From Prochlorococcus sp. AG-347-I04 (lineage in GTDB: Bacteria > Cyanobacteriota > Cyanobacteriia > PCC-6307 > Cyanobiaceae), in the NCBI GenBank assembly GCA_003281625.1, contig QCBL01000002.1, positions 64,545 through 128,544 on the forward strand: a DNA stretch of 64,000 nt. The letters run 5' to 3'. Position numbers and translations under genes: made by a program. The notes below the pieces were generated by a model. The model had not been told where the DNA came from, did not search any database, and saw only the letters and a program-made list of their open reading frames with translations. Below, piece after piece: positions 53,369-62,968 of the stretch; positions within the stretch are counted from its first letter, which is position 1, and each line of letters starts with the position of its first letter.

Positions 53369-55006
53369 TTAAAAGTAATCAAATTTTTTATGGCTTTGAG
53401 TTTTTTCTAAAAAATATTCGTAATTACCATCATATGAAAAAAACTTTGAATCTTTGATTTCGATAATTCTATTTGCAACCTTTGAAATAAAATAACGATC
53501 ATGAGAAATGATTAATAATGAACCTTTATAATTATTAATTGCTAATTCTAAGTTTTCCTTGGATTGCAAATCCAGATGATTAGTTGGCTCATCCAAAAGG
53601 AGAAAATTACTAGGATTAATAATCATCAGCGCCAATGCTAATCTTGCTTTTTCTCCCCCACTGAGTTGTTTAATATATTTAAAAACAGTTTCATTTTGGA
53701 AGCCAAAACCTCCTAAAAATGTTCTTACTTTTTTTTGGGACCATTCTGGACATTTCTCACATATTAAATCAATAGCCCTTTTCTCAAGAGAAAGTGCTTC
53801 AGCCTGATTCTGTTCATAATAGCTAGTAATTATGTTATGTTTACCAATATTAATTTCTCCAATTTCAGGAGATATTTTTTTCATAATAATTTTTAGTAAT
53901 GTAGATTTACCACAGCCATTAGGTCCCAATATCGCTATTTTCTCCCCCGAAGAAATCCTTAAATTAACATCTAAAAAAAGAATTTTATCCTCAAAACTAT
54001 GAGACAAATTTTTGATGTTTAGAACTAATTTTCCTGAGCGAGGGCACTCTGGAAAATTAAAAACAGGACTTTTTGATTTTGCTAAAGGAGCCTCAAGTTT
54101 AGAAATCTTTTTTAATTGTTTTTCTCTACTCTTTGCTTGAGAACTTCTAGTTGCACTAGCTCTAAATCTATCTATATACCTCTTTTGTAACTCAATTTCT
54201 TTTTGTTGTAATTGATATGCCTTATTTTGTGATTCTTCATTTAAAGATTTCTGTTCAACAAAAAAAGAATAATTTCCATTAAATGTTTCAGATGTTCCTC
54301 TATCTACAAAAATTATTTTTTTACATAATTTATCTAAGAAATATCTATCGTGACTTATTATAATTACCGCAATCTTAAGCGAAGATAGATATTCTTCCAG
54401 CCAGAAAATTGTATCTAAATCTAAATGATTAGTTGGTTCATCCAGTAAAAGTAAGTCAGGTTTTTGTAAGATTATTTTTCCAAGTGCAACTTTCATCTGC
54501 CAACCACCTGAAAAATTGCCCACCAATTTATCAGCATCTTCTGTAGAAAAGCCTAATTTTGGTAGTATTTTTTCTACATCAGATTGCATTTTGTAGCCAC
54601 CTAAAGCTTCATATTTTGCTTGATATTTTGAGAGCTTATTTACAATTGTTTCTAGTTCATCGGAATGTTTTTTTAAATCCAATGATTTCAGTTTATTTTC
54701 AATTTCTAAAAGTTTAATGGCAACAATTTGTATATCTTTGAAAGAACTTTCTAATTCCTGTCTTACTGAAAAATTCAAATTACAATCAAATTCCTGTTTT
54801 AAATGAGCAATTTTAGGATTCCCCTCTTTGATAATCGTTCCACTTGTTTGCTCTTCCTCTCCAATCAAAATCTTAAATTGGGTTGATTTACCTGCACCAT
54901 TCGAACCAACTAAGCCTACTTTTTCCCCTTTCTTAATCTCCCAATTAATATTTTTTAAAACAACATCTGTGGAATAAATTTTGCTTACACTTTCAAATCT
55001 AATCAC
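53369..55006 (-). CDS. ABC-F family ATP-binding protein (Uup/YheS-like)
   Basis: Two ABC cassettes (GSNGAGKST..FSGGW; GPNGCGKST..LSGGE), no TM segments. Confidence 0.93.
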   Translation of the reverse strand: MIRFESVSKIYSTDVVLKNINWEIKKGEKVGLVGSNGAGKSTQFKILIGEEEQTSGTIIKEGNPKIAHLKQEFDCNLNFSVRQELESSFKDIQIVAIKLLEIENKLKSLDLKKHSDELETIVNKLSKYQAKYEALGGYKMQSDVEKILPKLGFSTEDADKLVGNFSGGWQMKVALGKIILQKPDLLLLDEPTNHLDLDTIFWLEEYLSSLKIAVIIISHDRYFLDKLCKKIIFVDRGTSETFNGNYSFFVEQKSLNEESQNKAYQLQQKEIELQKRYIDRFRASATRSSQAKSREKQLKKISKLEAPLAKSKSPVFNFPECPRSGKLVLNIKNLSHSFEDKILFLDVNLRISSGEKIAILGPNGCGKSTLLKIIMKKISPEIGEINIGKHNIITSYYEQNQAEALSLEKRAIDLICEKCPEWSQKKVRTFLGGFGFQNETVFKYIKQLSGGEKARLALALMIINPSNFLLLDEPTNHLDLQSKENLELAINNYKGSLLIISHDRYFISKVANRIIEIKDSKFFSYDGNYEYFLEKTQSHKKFDYF

Positions 55007-55078
55007 TTTATTAAAATAGAATTTACAAAATCTGTGGCCTATTTACTAAAAAATTATTTTGTAGAATAAAATTAAACC

Positions 55079-55255
55079 ATGAAAAGAATAGAACAAATTG
55101 TAGTGATTTTCATAGCTGCAGCTCTTGCAATACCAAGTTACTGGTTTTTTTGGACTTTAGCTGGTGGAGGTGGCTACAACAAAAGAATAAAACCTTTGAC
55201 GAATGAAAATAATAATTATTCAAAACCTTCTACTAAAGACCTCCTCGAGCCTTAA
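55079..55255 (+). CDS. Small single-TM protein (58 aa)
   Basis: Not in ORF track. MKRIEQIVVIFIAAALAIPSYWFFWTLAGGGGYNKRIKPLTNENNNYSKPSTKDLLEP fills the gap divergent from the ABC-F gene. Confidence 0.7.
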   Translation: MKRIEQIVVIFIAAALAIPSYWFFWTLAGGGGYNKRIKPLTNENNNYSKPSTKDLLEP

Positions 55256-55463
55256 CTAACCACATTTTGGTTGCCTCATCGTCGATAGTACTCAAATATT
55301 CAATAACCTCCTCCTTAGTTACAGAAAGGTTTAATTCATTACCAATATCGCATATTTTATCTAAAGCTTTTTGGGGATTAGTCAAGGCTGTCATAAACAA
55401 ACTTTGTTTCTTTTTAGAGTCATCTGCTATTAACTTATAGAGCTTTTCAGCATTACTGGACAT
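55233..55463 (-). CDS. Small helical protein, Nif11-like, ending KARGGL
   Basis: 76-aa ORF; resemblance to the Nif11 pattern judged by eye only. Confidence 0.7.
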   Translation of the reverse strand: MSSNAEKLYKLIADDSKKKQSLFMTALTNPQKALDKICDIGNELNLSVTKEEVIEYLSTIDDEATKMWLVKARGGL

Positions 55464-55497
55464 GTTTTTAAAATCTATTTATTAATAGATTATTACT

Positions 55498-55836
55498 TTA
55501 AGCTACATTTTGTTCATTATATTTATTAATAGATAAATCATTATCAGTATCTTTTATTTCTTTTGCAGAAGCATCTGCCATACTTCTTGCATCTAAACAT
55601 AAAACTTTTCTTAATTTCGCAAAGTTAGCTGCGTGAGATTTTCTACCATCTTTTTGAGCATAGTACTCAGACTGCTGAAGAATATGATGAAGATGAGTTA
55701 ATAAATATGGACTAATTACAGCTGATACCAAAACATCACTATTCTCATTGTCGTGAGAATCAGAATTAACCAATCTTTTTTTCTTTTTATCAATTATGGA
55801 CCTTTTAGGAGAATCAAGTTTTCTTGAATTTTTCAT
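55498..55836 (-). CDS. Conserved hypothetical protein
   Basis: ATG at 55836 preferred over TTG at 55851; core LLTHLHHILQQSEYYAQKDGRKSHAANFAKLRKVLC. Confidence 0.75.
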   Translation of the reverse strand: MKNSRKLDSPKRSIIDKKKKRLVNSDSHDNENSDVLVSAVISPYLLTHLHHILQQSEYYAQKDGRKSHAANFAKLRKVLCLDARSMADASAKEIKDTDNDLSINKYNEQNVA

Positions 55837-55953
55837 GGGGTAATAAAACAATTAATTGATACGGACATAAATTTCCTTACTAATAATATACACAAAGATA
55901 GTATCCTTGACTAACTGTGTATACTTATAAGTAACAGTTATCAACTTTGACTC

Positions 55954-56256
55954 ATGGCTACCCGGCAAAACTCAACTAATGGGAAGCCTAAATCCCCCAG
56001 AATTCAAGTAGTTCTCCCAGAATTAATATGCGAGCAGTTAACTATTTTGGCCAATGATGAATCTAGGACAGTTAGTAATATGGCAAAAGTTTTAATACAA
56101 GAGGGTATAAAAAAATACTTCGAGAAGGAGGGTAAATCATTTGTATCAGAAAATAATTTAAATACCGATAAATTCAGAGACGAACTTGAAAAACAAAGTG
56201 TCAAAAGATTAAAAAGAGCTCCTCAAAGGATTAGATACTACAAAAAATCTGATTAA
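55954..56256 (+). CDS. Ribbon-helix-helix (CopG/Arc-like) DNA-binding protein
   Basis: PRIQVVLPE (beta ribbon) - LICEQLTILANDE - SRTVSNMAKVLIQEGI is the classic RHH pattern. Confidence 0.82.
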   Translation: MATRQNSTNGKPKSPRIQVVLPELICEQLTILANDESRTVSNMAKVLIQEGIKKYFEKEGKSFVSENNLNTDKFRDELEKQSVKRLKRAPQRIRYYKKSD

Positions 56257-56262
56257 AAATAG

Positions 56263-56967
56263 TTAACTCTGAGGCAATTTCTGTAAATCTACAGTTTTTC
56301 CCATTACTACCAATATATTTCCTCTTTCCAAGATATATTTTGCTGGAGGATTAACTGTTAACTCTTCAGCCGGTCCTGCTGCAAGAACATTAACTAAATA
56401 ATTTTTCCTCAAATTCAAATCTCTCAAAGATCTTCCGATAAATTCCTCTGGAACAGTTATTTCATCTATACCAGTTTGGTTATCGAGTTCCAATCTTTCA
56501 ATTAAATTTGGTCTAACTAGTTCTAAACCTAATCTTTCTCCTTGCATTCTGGAAGGGAAGACAACTTTGTCTGCACCTACCCTTTTTAACATTTTTTCAT
56601 GCAAGTCACTCGTAGCTCTTGCTATTACTCTTTGCACTTTGCTACCTTCGCTATCTTTAGCTATAAGTGTCGTAGTAATACTTGCTTCAATAGGTTCACT
56701 GATTCCTACTACAACAGTATTCATTTCGAGTATTCCAGATTCCTTCATAGACTCTTCATCAGTGCAATCTACAACTCTAGCTTCTATAGAAGGTTCCAAT
56801 TGTCTTAAATCATCTATAGCTTTTTCCGAATAATCTGCAGCCAAAACATCTGCACCATTACTTATAAGTTCTCTACAAACAGCAGTTCCGAATCTTCCAA
56901 CGCCTACAACTGCAAAAGTGAGTGCTTCTTTTTCTCTCTTTTGAGACCACTGCCACCAATCAGCCAT
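56263..56967 (-). CDS. trkA: Trk/Ktr K+ uptake NAD-binding subunit
   Basis: GVGRFG, VVVGI, L.RVGADKVVFP, C-terminal RCK_C domain. Confidence 0.92.
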   Translation of the reverse strand: MADWWQWSQKREKEALTFAVVGVGRFGTAVCRELISNGADVLAADYSEKAIDDLRQLEPSIEARVVDCTDEESMKESGILEMNTVVVGISEPIEASITTTLIAKDSEGSKVQRVIARATSDLHEKMLKRVGADKVVFPSRMQGERLGLELVRPNLIERLELDNQTGIDEITVPEEFIGRSLRDLNLRKNYLVNVLAAGPAEELTVNPPAKYILERGNILVVMGKTVDLQKLPQS

Positions 56968-56985
56968 AATAAAACTCAGTCAATT

Positions 56986-58389
56986 CTAAACATAAAGATC
57001 AGCCCTAGGATAGCCAATTCTCTTTTGTCTATCTATTCTACTCTTATAAAGAGCCTGCCAAAGTGCACTTAAAAGCAAAAGAATACCGAGCCTACCCACA
57101 AACATTCCGACAATAAGAATAAATTGGCCAAAATGATTTAATTTCGCAGTTAAACCAATATCAAAACCAACAGTTGCAAATGCAGATATGCATGTGAATA
57201 GAATTTCTAGGAATGTGAAAGATTCTTTCTTAACAAAAGTATTTGTTGTACTAAGCAACATTGCCATTAAAAGAACAAAAAGCAAGGATCCAACTGTTAT
57301 TCCAACTGCCTTTAGAATAACTTTATCTGAAATTAATCTATTGCTAATAATTACATCTTTCTGACCTCTTAAAGTTGATCTAGTTGCAGCCATTAAAGCA
57401 ATAAATGTAGTTGTTTTTATGCCTCCACCAGTACCTCCAGTACTCGCTCCAATAAACATCAAAGTCATCAATAATAATAAACCAGTATCTGATATGGAGT
57501 TCAAGGAAATTGGATAATTTGTAAAGCCTGCAGTTCTTGCACTTACTGTTTCAAAGATTGATGACAATAACCGTTCAAACAAATTCAAATCATTAAAAAA
57601 TTGACTACTAAGCAATGATTCAGTGATAAAGAATCCTAATGATCCGAACAATATAAGAGACAAACTTGTCCTAATAACAAGTCTAGAATGAAGGCTTAAC
57701 TTTTTATAAGAAAGATTTTTTTTATTACTCCAAATATCATCAATAACTCGCCAGCCCAATCCACCCATAAAAATTAGAAAAACAAAAACACTATTCACCA
57801 AATAATTTGTTCTATAGTCTTGAAGACTATTTGACATTAAAGAAAATCCTGCATTGTTATATGCAGATATGCTATGAAAAATCGAGGACCATAGTCTTTC
57901 CCAATTATTTTGAATGTCTACAAATCCAAAAGAATATAAAAAAATTGCGCCCAAAGAAATGATACTAATCGCCGTAATAGCAATGCTTTGAAAAGTTCGA
58001 CCAATTCCTCCAACTCCAAATTCATCAAGAGTCTTTCCTTTATCTAATCTAGTTCTTAGCTTTGTCCCCTTAACAACAAACCCTTGTAAAAATGTTGTAA
58101 TAGCCATTAATCCTAGACCACCTGATAAGAGCATAAAAGCCAAAAAAACTTGGCCAAAGAAATTCAAATCAGCACCAATATCTATTATGGTTAAGCCAGT
58201 TACAGTAATAGCAGAAGTTGATGTAAAAAATGCTTCCCACAAACCAACCTTTGAAGATGAACATAATGGAGAACTTAAAATTAACGTTCCAAGGCAAATA
58301 ATAAACAAGCCTGTAACGATTGTGAATTGAGGTACAGATAGCTTTTTGTAAGCATCTTTTAACTTGTAAACCTTACTTGCGAATTTCAC
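56986..58389 (-). CDS. trkH: Trk/Ktr K+ uptake membrane subunit
   Basis: SAITVTGL, SAYNNAGF, SARTAGF, GGGIKTTT, SAFATVG, MFVGRLG; GTG start. Confidence 0.93.
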   Translation of the reverse strand: MKFASKVYKLKDAYKKLSVPQFTIVTGLFIICLGTLILSSPLCSSSKVGLWEAFFTSTSAITVTGLTIIDIGADLNFFGQVFLAFMLLSGGLGLMAITTFLQGFVVKGTKLRTRLDKGKTLDEFGVGGIGRTFQSIAITAISIISLGAIFLYSFGFVDIQNNWERLWSSIFHSISAYNNAGFSLMSNSLQDYRTNYLVNSVFVFLIFMGGLGWRVIDDIWSNKKNLSYKKLSLHSRLVIRTSLSLILFGSLGFFITESLLSSQFFNDLNLFERLLSSIFETVSARTAGFTNYPISLNSISDTGLLLLMTLMFIGASTGGTGGGIKTTTFIALMAATRSTLRGQKDVIISNRLISDKVILKAVGITVGSLLFVLLMAMLLSTTNTFVKKESFTFLEILFTCISAFATVGFDIGLTAKLNHFGQFILIVGMFVGRLGILLLLSALWQALYKSRIDRQKRIGYPRADLYV

Positions 58390-58393
58390 AATA

Positions 58394-60202
58394 TTATCCG
58401 TAATTAAAAATTATCAATGCTGGCACCGTAAATGTCATTATAAGTGTTAATCCAACTCCGTATTTAGCGATATCAAAAAATTTATATCTTCCAGGACCAT
58501 AAACCATTAAATTTGTTTGATAACCCATTGGAGTCAAGAAAGATTGACTTGCACCGAATAAAACAAGCATGATTAAAGCGCTTGGTGAAATTTCTAAAAC
58601 ATTAGAGAATTCAATAGCAACAGGCAAAATCAAAGCAACCGAAGCAGCATTACTTATAAATTGTGTAAGAATAACTGTAGATACAAAAATTACAATCAGC
58701 GCAAAATATAGAGGCATCCCATTAAGGGCAAAGTTTAGATTGACTGCAATTAAATCTGCTAATCCTGTTACCTGCATAGCTACGCTAAAGCATGATAAAG
58801 ATCCCAACAATAAAATGACATCTAACCTAATTGATTTTTGTATCTCCGCAGGTCTTAAACATCCACAAGCAACCATGGCAATTACTGCTAAAAGAACTGA
58901 ACCTACTAATGGAATATTAGAAACAGAAGGCAAAACCACCATCCCTATTGCAATTCCAATCGATATAGGTTTTTTTATCAAGAAGGGTAAATCATCTTCG
59001 AATTGATCTAAAATAAGCAAATCATTACTAGCTTGCAAACCTCTTATTGAATCTAACGGTGCTTGTAATAATAAAACGTCTCCGGCCCTTAAAACAGCTT
59101 GGCCTAATCTTTCCTGAACAGTTTGTTGACCCCTTCTTAGTGCCAAAACTGTTGCATTATGGCGCTGCCTAAATCTTAATTCTCTCAAACTTGCACCAGC
59201 TAGAGTTGAGCCAGCTGGTAACAAAGCTTCAAAAGTCTTAGTCCCTTCATCATCTGAAAAAACATTAGCACCATCGAAAGATGTTCTATTTTCGCCTAAC
59301 AGAATGGTATGTTCCTGCTGAAGCCTAAATAAGTCTGCCCGTGTAACGCGGATTATTAATCTATCATCCGGTTCTATCTTTCTATCAGCCAAAGGAGGAA
59401 GGATAACTTTTCCATTTCGTTGCAATTCAAGAACATCAACGTCAAATCTTCTTTGCAATCTACTATTTCTGACAGATTGTCCAACTAATTCTGAAGTTGA
59501 GGGAATGGTAACTTCAGTAAAGTATATATTCATATCACCATTTTTAATAAATTCCTTATCTCTCCCTCTATCTGGCAAAAGCAAGTCAGAAACAAGAATC
59601 ATATAGGTTGTACCTATAAGCCATACAGGAATTCCGATTGAAGTCAAACTAAATAATTCCAAAGATCCATAACCTAATTGTTGACTAATATCACTTACAA
59701 GAAGATTTACAGAGCTACCTAATAATGTCAGAGTTCCACCTAATAAAGTAGCAAAAGAAAGAGGTAATAAAACTTTTGATGGTGATATATTTCTCCGCTC
59801 GCACCAACCTTCAATTAAGGGTAGCAAAGATGCTACTACTGGAGTATTAGGAACAATTCCAGAAATTGGAGCAATCAAAAAAGCTATTAAAGAAATTAAT
59901 TTCCTTGGCGTTCTAATACTTTCAGAAGAAATTAATTCTCTTACTCTGTCTAAAGCACCACTTTTAAATAATGCTGAAGAAACTGCAAATAAACCCATAA
60001 GGGTAATTAAGGATGGGCTTCCAAATCCAGCTAAAGCTTTTTCAGGAGAAAGCACTCCTGTAGCTATAAATATTCCAACACATAATAAACCTGTCAATTC
60101 TGGTGCAATAGTATTTTTAATAAATAAAATTACTGACATTATTAAAACAACTACTGTTATAAACGCATCAAAATTATTACTAACAACTGCAATTAAATTC
60201 AT
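58394..60202 (-). CDS. SLC13/CitMHS family anion:Na+ symporter with TrkA-C domains (putative sulfate transporter)
   Basis: NTPVV, GGTLTLLGSSVN, two RCK_C repeats, SNAASVAL, TPMGYQTN. Confidence 0.88.
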   Translation of the reverse strand: MNLIAVVSNNFDAFITVVVLIMSVILFIKNTIAPELTGLLCVGIFIATGVLSPEKALAGFGSPSLITLMGLFAVSSALFKSGALDRVRELISSESIRTPRKLISLIAFLIAPISGIVPNTPVVASLLPLIEGWCERRNISPSKVLLPLSFATLLGGTLTLLGSSVNLLVSDISQQLGYGSLELFSLTSIGIPVWLIGTTYMILVSDLLLPDRGRDKEFIKNGDMNIYFTEVTIPSTSELVGQSVRNSRLQRRFDVDVLELQRNGKVILPPLADRKIEPDDRLIIRVTRADLFRLQQEHTILLGENRTSFDGANVFSDDEGTKTFEALLPAGSTLAGASLRELRFRQRHNATVLALRRGQQTVQERLGQAVLRAGDVLLLQAPLDSIRGLQASNDLLILDQFEDDLPFLIKKPISIGIAIGMVVLPSVSNIPLVGSVLLAVIAMVACGCLRPAEIQKSIRLDVILLLGSLSCFSVAMQVTGLADLIAVNLNFALNGMPLYFALIVIFVSTVILTQFISNAASVALILPVAIEFSNVLEISPSALIMLVLFGASQSFLTPMGYQTNLMVYGPGRYKFFDIAKYGVGLTLIMTFTVPALIIFNYG

Positions 60203-60251
60203 ACAAAACTTATTTAACTCAATATACCCAAAAAAAATATTTCAAAAAAGT

Positions 60252-61445
60252 TTAATTGGAATAATCTTTTTTAAGAAACTTTTTAAAAATAGATTTTTTT
60301 TGGACTATCCATGAAGATGCAGATTTTAAGCTTTCAGTTATATTGGGCAACTTGGAAGCATATATAAGTCTTCTTGCCTCAAAAGCCAATTTCCCTGATA
60401 AAGTAATCCCAAGCCCAGAAATTGAAGCTTCACCTATTCCTAAGCTAATCATTTCACCATTGTCTTTAAATTCAAAGGGTAAAGGATCCTTGCCTTGAAT
60501 TAAAAGTTCTAAATTATCAGCAAGATGACTTCCTTCCTGCATAGCGACCTGAGCAGTTATTGGTAAATCCTCCATTCCTTCAATAACTGAAATATCGCCA
60601 ATAGCAAAACAGTTTTTATGGTTTTCTATTTGCAAATTATTATTAACTAAAATTCTTCCAAATTTTTTTGTTATTTCATAAGTTTCTAAGTAAGACAAAT
60701 TAGGTTTAACACCTGCTGTCCAAATAACAATATCTTTATCCAAAGACGTTATTCCAACCTCACTAGAAATACTAATTTTAGTTTCTGAAACTTCTTTAAC
60801 TGTGGAATTCAAAAGAACATTGATTTTTCTTTTTTCTAATGCCTTCTCTGCTTGTTCTCTATTAAAAAATTTGTTTTTATTAAGGATTTCATTTGATTTT
60901 TCTATGACATTAATTTCAAATTGGTCTATAAATATATCTTTAATTTTGCATGCCAACTCGATCCCTGAGGGACCACCTCCAACTATGAATAACTTTTTAT
61001 GAAACTCAGTTTCTTGTGATTTTTTTAAAAAAGAATTTAATTTATTTAAATCGTTAAAATCATTAAAAAAATAACAATTTTCATCTACACCTTTTATTAA
61101 AAAACTATTTGGAATAGATCCTGTACAGATAACAAGATACTGATAATTTAATTTTAAATCGTCACTAAATTCAAGAATATTTTCTTTGAAGGAAATCTTT
61201 TTTAAACTATTTCTTAAAAAAGTTATACCCGCATCAGAAAAAATATTTGCAAATTTTGGGATGGCTTCCCAACTTCTTATTTCTTTACTTAAAACTTCGT
61301 ACATTAAAGGTTTAAATATAAAGTTTGTTTCAGAATCAACTACAAGAATCGGTAAAGAAGGATTAAGATTCTTTAAATTCAAAGCACATGTCATACCTGC
61401 AAAACCTGCTCCAACTATTACTATTGGTTTTTGTATTGATTTCAT
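60252..61445 (-). CDS. Type II NAD(P)H:quinone oxidoreductase (NDH-2)
   Basis: GAGFAG, F.FKPLMYE, GGGPSGIELA, FAIGD, AQVAMQ. Confidence 0.88.
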   Translation of the reverse strand: MKSIQKPIVIVGAGFAGMTCALNLKNLNPSLPILVVDSETNFIFKPLMYEVLSKEIRSWEAIPKFANIFSDAGITFLRNSLKKISFKENILEFSDDLKLNYQYLVICTGSIPNSFLIKGVDENCYFFNDFNDLNKLNSFLKKSQETEFHKKLFIVGGGPSGIELACKIKDIFIDQFEINVIEKSNEILNKNKFFNREQAEKALEKRKINVLLNSTVKEVSETKISISSEVGITSLDKDIVIWTAGVKPNLSYLETYEITKKFGRILVNNNLQIENHKNCFAIGDISVIEGMEDLPITAQVAMQEGSHLADNLELLIQGKDPLPFEFKDNGEMISLGIGEASISGLGITLSGKLAFEARRLIYASKLPNITESLKSASSWIVQKKSIFKKFLKKDYSN

Positions 61446-61540
61446 TGAAGTAATATTGTTATACGTAAATGTATTATTAAACTATACGAATAATTTTTAA
61501 ATTGAGCGAAGTAACATTAAACTCATAACCAAATTGAAGA

Positions 61541-62263
61541 ATGATTGAAAACATCCACAAAGATATTCAAACTAACTTAAGTAAATATAATGAAGAGTTA
61601 TTAGATATGAATCCTCAAAGAATAATTTCATGGGGTTATGAAAAGTTTGATAATCAATTTGCTATTACAACAAGTTTTGGTATTCAGTCATCAGTGCTTT
61701 TAAATATAGTCAATAAATTATGTCTACAAAAAAAAATCAAAATATTTTGGATAGATACAGGTTACCTACCTCCCGAAACATACCATTATGCTGAAAAGCT
61801 TATTGAAGATTTATCTTTAGAAGTAGAAATTCTGCAAAGTGAATTATCTCCAGCAAGAATGGAGGCTAAATATGGAAAACTTTGGGAAACAAATAAAGAA
61901 AGTGATTTAGATAAGTATCATGAGTTGAGAAAGATAAAGCCTTTAGAAAATGGTCTAGAAAAATATAATATTTCCTGCTGGGCAAGCGGTGTTAGATCAA
62001 GTCAAACAGAAAATAGAAATAAAATGAAATTCCTAGACATAATTCGTAAAAGACTTTCTTTAAGACCATTATTAAATTGGACAAATAAAGATATTTTTTA
62101 TTATATGGAAGAGAATAATTTACCTGCCCATCCACTTTTTATCAAAGGTTATTCTTCCGTAGGCGATTGGCATTCAAGCAGTCCCGATAGTATTAAAACA
62201 AAGGGCAGAGATACAAGATTTGGGGGGATTAAACAAGAATGTGGAATACACACTAATAATTAA
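61541..62263 (+). CDS. cysH: Phosphoadenosine phosphosulfate reductase
   Basis: TTSFG, IDTGY, SGVR..Q...R, GYSSVGD, C-terminal ECGIH. Confidence 0.95.
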   Translation: MIENIHKDIQTNLSKYNEELLDMNPQRIISWGYEKFDNQFAITTSFGIQSSVLLNIVNKLCLQKKIKIFWIDTGYLPPETYHYAEKLIEDLSLEVEILQSELSPARMEAKYGKLWETNKESDLDKYHELRKIKPLENGLEKYNISCWASGVRSSQTENRNKMKFLDIIRKRLSLRPLLNWTNKDIFYYMEENNLPAHPLFIKGYSSVGDWHSSSPDSIKTKGRDTRFGGIKQECGIHTNN

Positions 62264-62278
62264 ATTGATCATAGAACA

Positions 62279-62968
62279 ATGATCTCAGATATAAATTTTT
62301 TATTAGTAGGTAATAGTAGGCTTCATTGGGCAAAATATTCTAAAAATCAATCTAAATTCTTCCATACCAAAATAGAGCAAAAAGTTCCCGAAAATATAGA
62401 TCTTGATCAATTAATTTGGGCTTCTGTTGGAAAACTACCAAATTTTTTGCTGAAAAAAGAAAACGAAATAAAAACCAAAGATATTCAGTTATCAAATCTT
62501 CCTGATTATTTTGGAATTGATAGAGCTCTTGCCTGTGTTGCCGCTTTAAAGATTATTGAAAACCCTTTCAAAAAAGATTTACTAATTGCAGATTTTGGAA
62601 CAATATTATCAATAACAAAATTGGATTCAAATGGATCTATTATTGGAGGCCAACTTATTCCAGGTTTTTTAACACAATTAAAATCAATGGAACAAAATGC
62701 AAAAAATCTTAAAGTGCCCAAAAAATATGATATTCCGATCAAGGATTTTTTAATTAATACAGAAGAAGCAATTATAAAAGGAGTAATGAACTCCCTTACT
62801 GGAGTGATTAATAGTTTATTTAATCCCGCAAATGATATTTTAATAATCTGTGGAGGAGACTCTAAGTTGCTCACAAAATCTCTAAATACTCAAAAAGAAA
62901 ATATTATCAATGCTCCTAATTTAGTTATGGAAGGGATGATTATTCACTACCTTTCCGTTAAAAATTAG
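62279..62968 (+). CDS. coaX: Type III pantothenate kinase
   Basis: GNSRLHW, GIDR, ADFGT, GG.LIPG, CGGD. Confidence 0.88.
   Translation: MISDINFLLVGNSRLHWAKYSKNQSKFFHTKIEQKVPENIDLDQLIWASVGKLPNFLLKKENEIKTKDIQLSNLPDYFGIDRALACVAALKIIENPFKKDLLIADFGTILSITKLDSNGSIIGGQLIPGFLTQLKSMEQNAKNLKVPKKYDIPIKDFLINTEEAIIKGVMNSLTGVINSLFNPANDILIICGGDSKLLTKSLNTQKENIINAPNLVMEGMIIHYLSVKN

Noticed and set aside
55837-55953. NtcA box in the RHH divergent promoter
   Set aside because: No exact GTA-N8-TAC; only near matches (GTA-N8-TAT, GTA-N8-TAA).
58569-59006. 145-aa ORF antisense to the SLC13 transporter, and the other 60-130 aa antisense or nested ORFs in the track (e.g. 97-300, 1909-2178, 2981-3187, 20913-21287, 35443-35793, 52224-52610, 62506-62874)
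   Set aside because: All lie within well-supported genes and show no recognisable motifs; expected shadow frames.
62279-62330. CoaX N-terminal motif lacks the usual Asp (LLVGNS rather than DxGNT)
   Set aside because: As I recall this variant is common in cyanobacterial CoaX; other motifs are intact, so not treated as a pseudogene.
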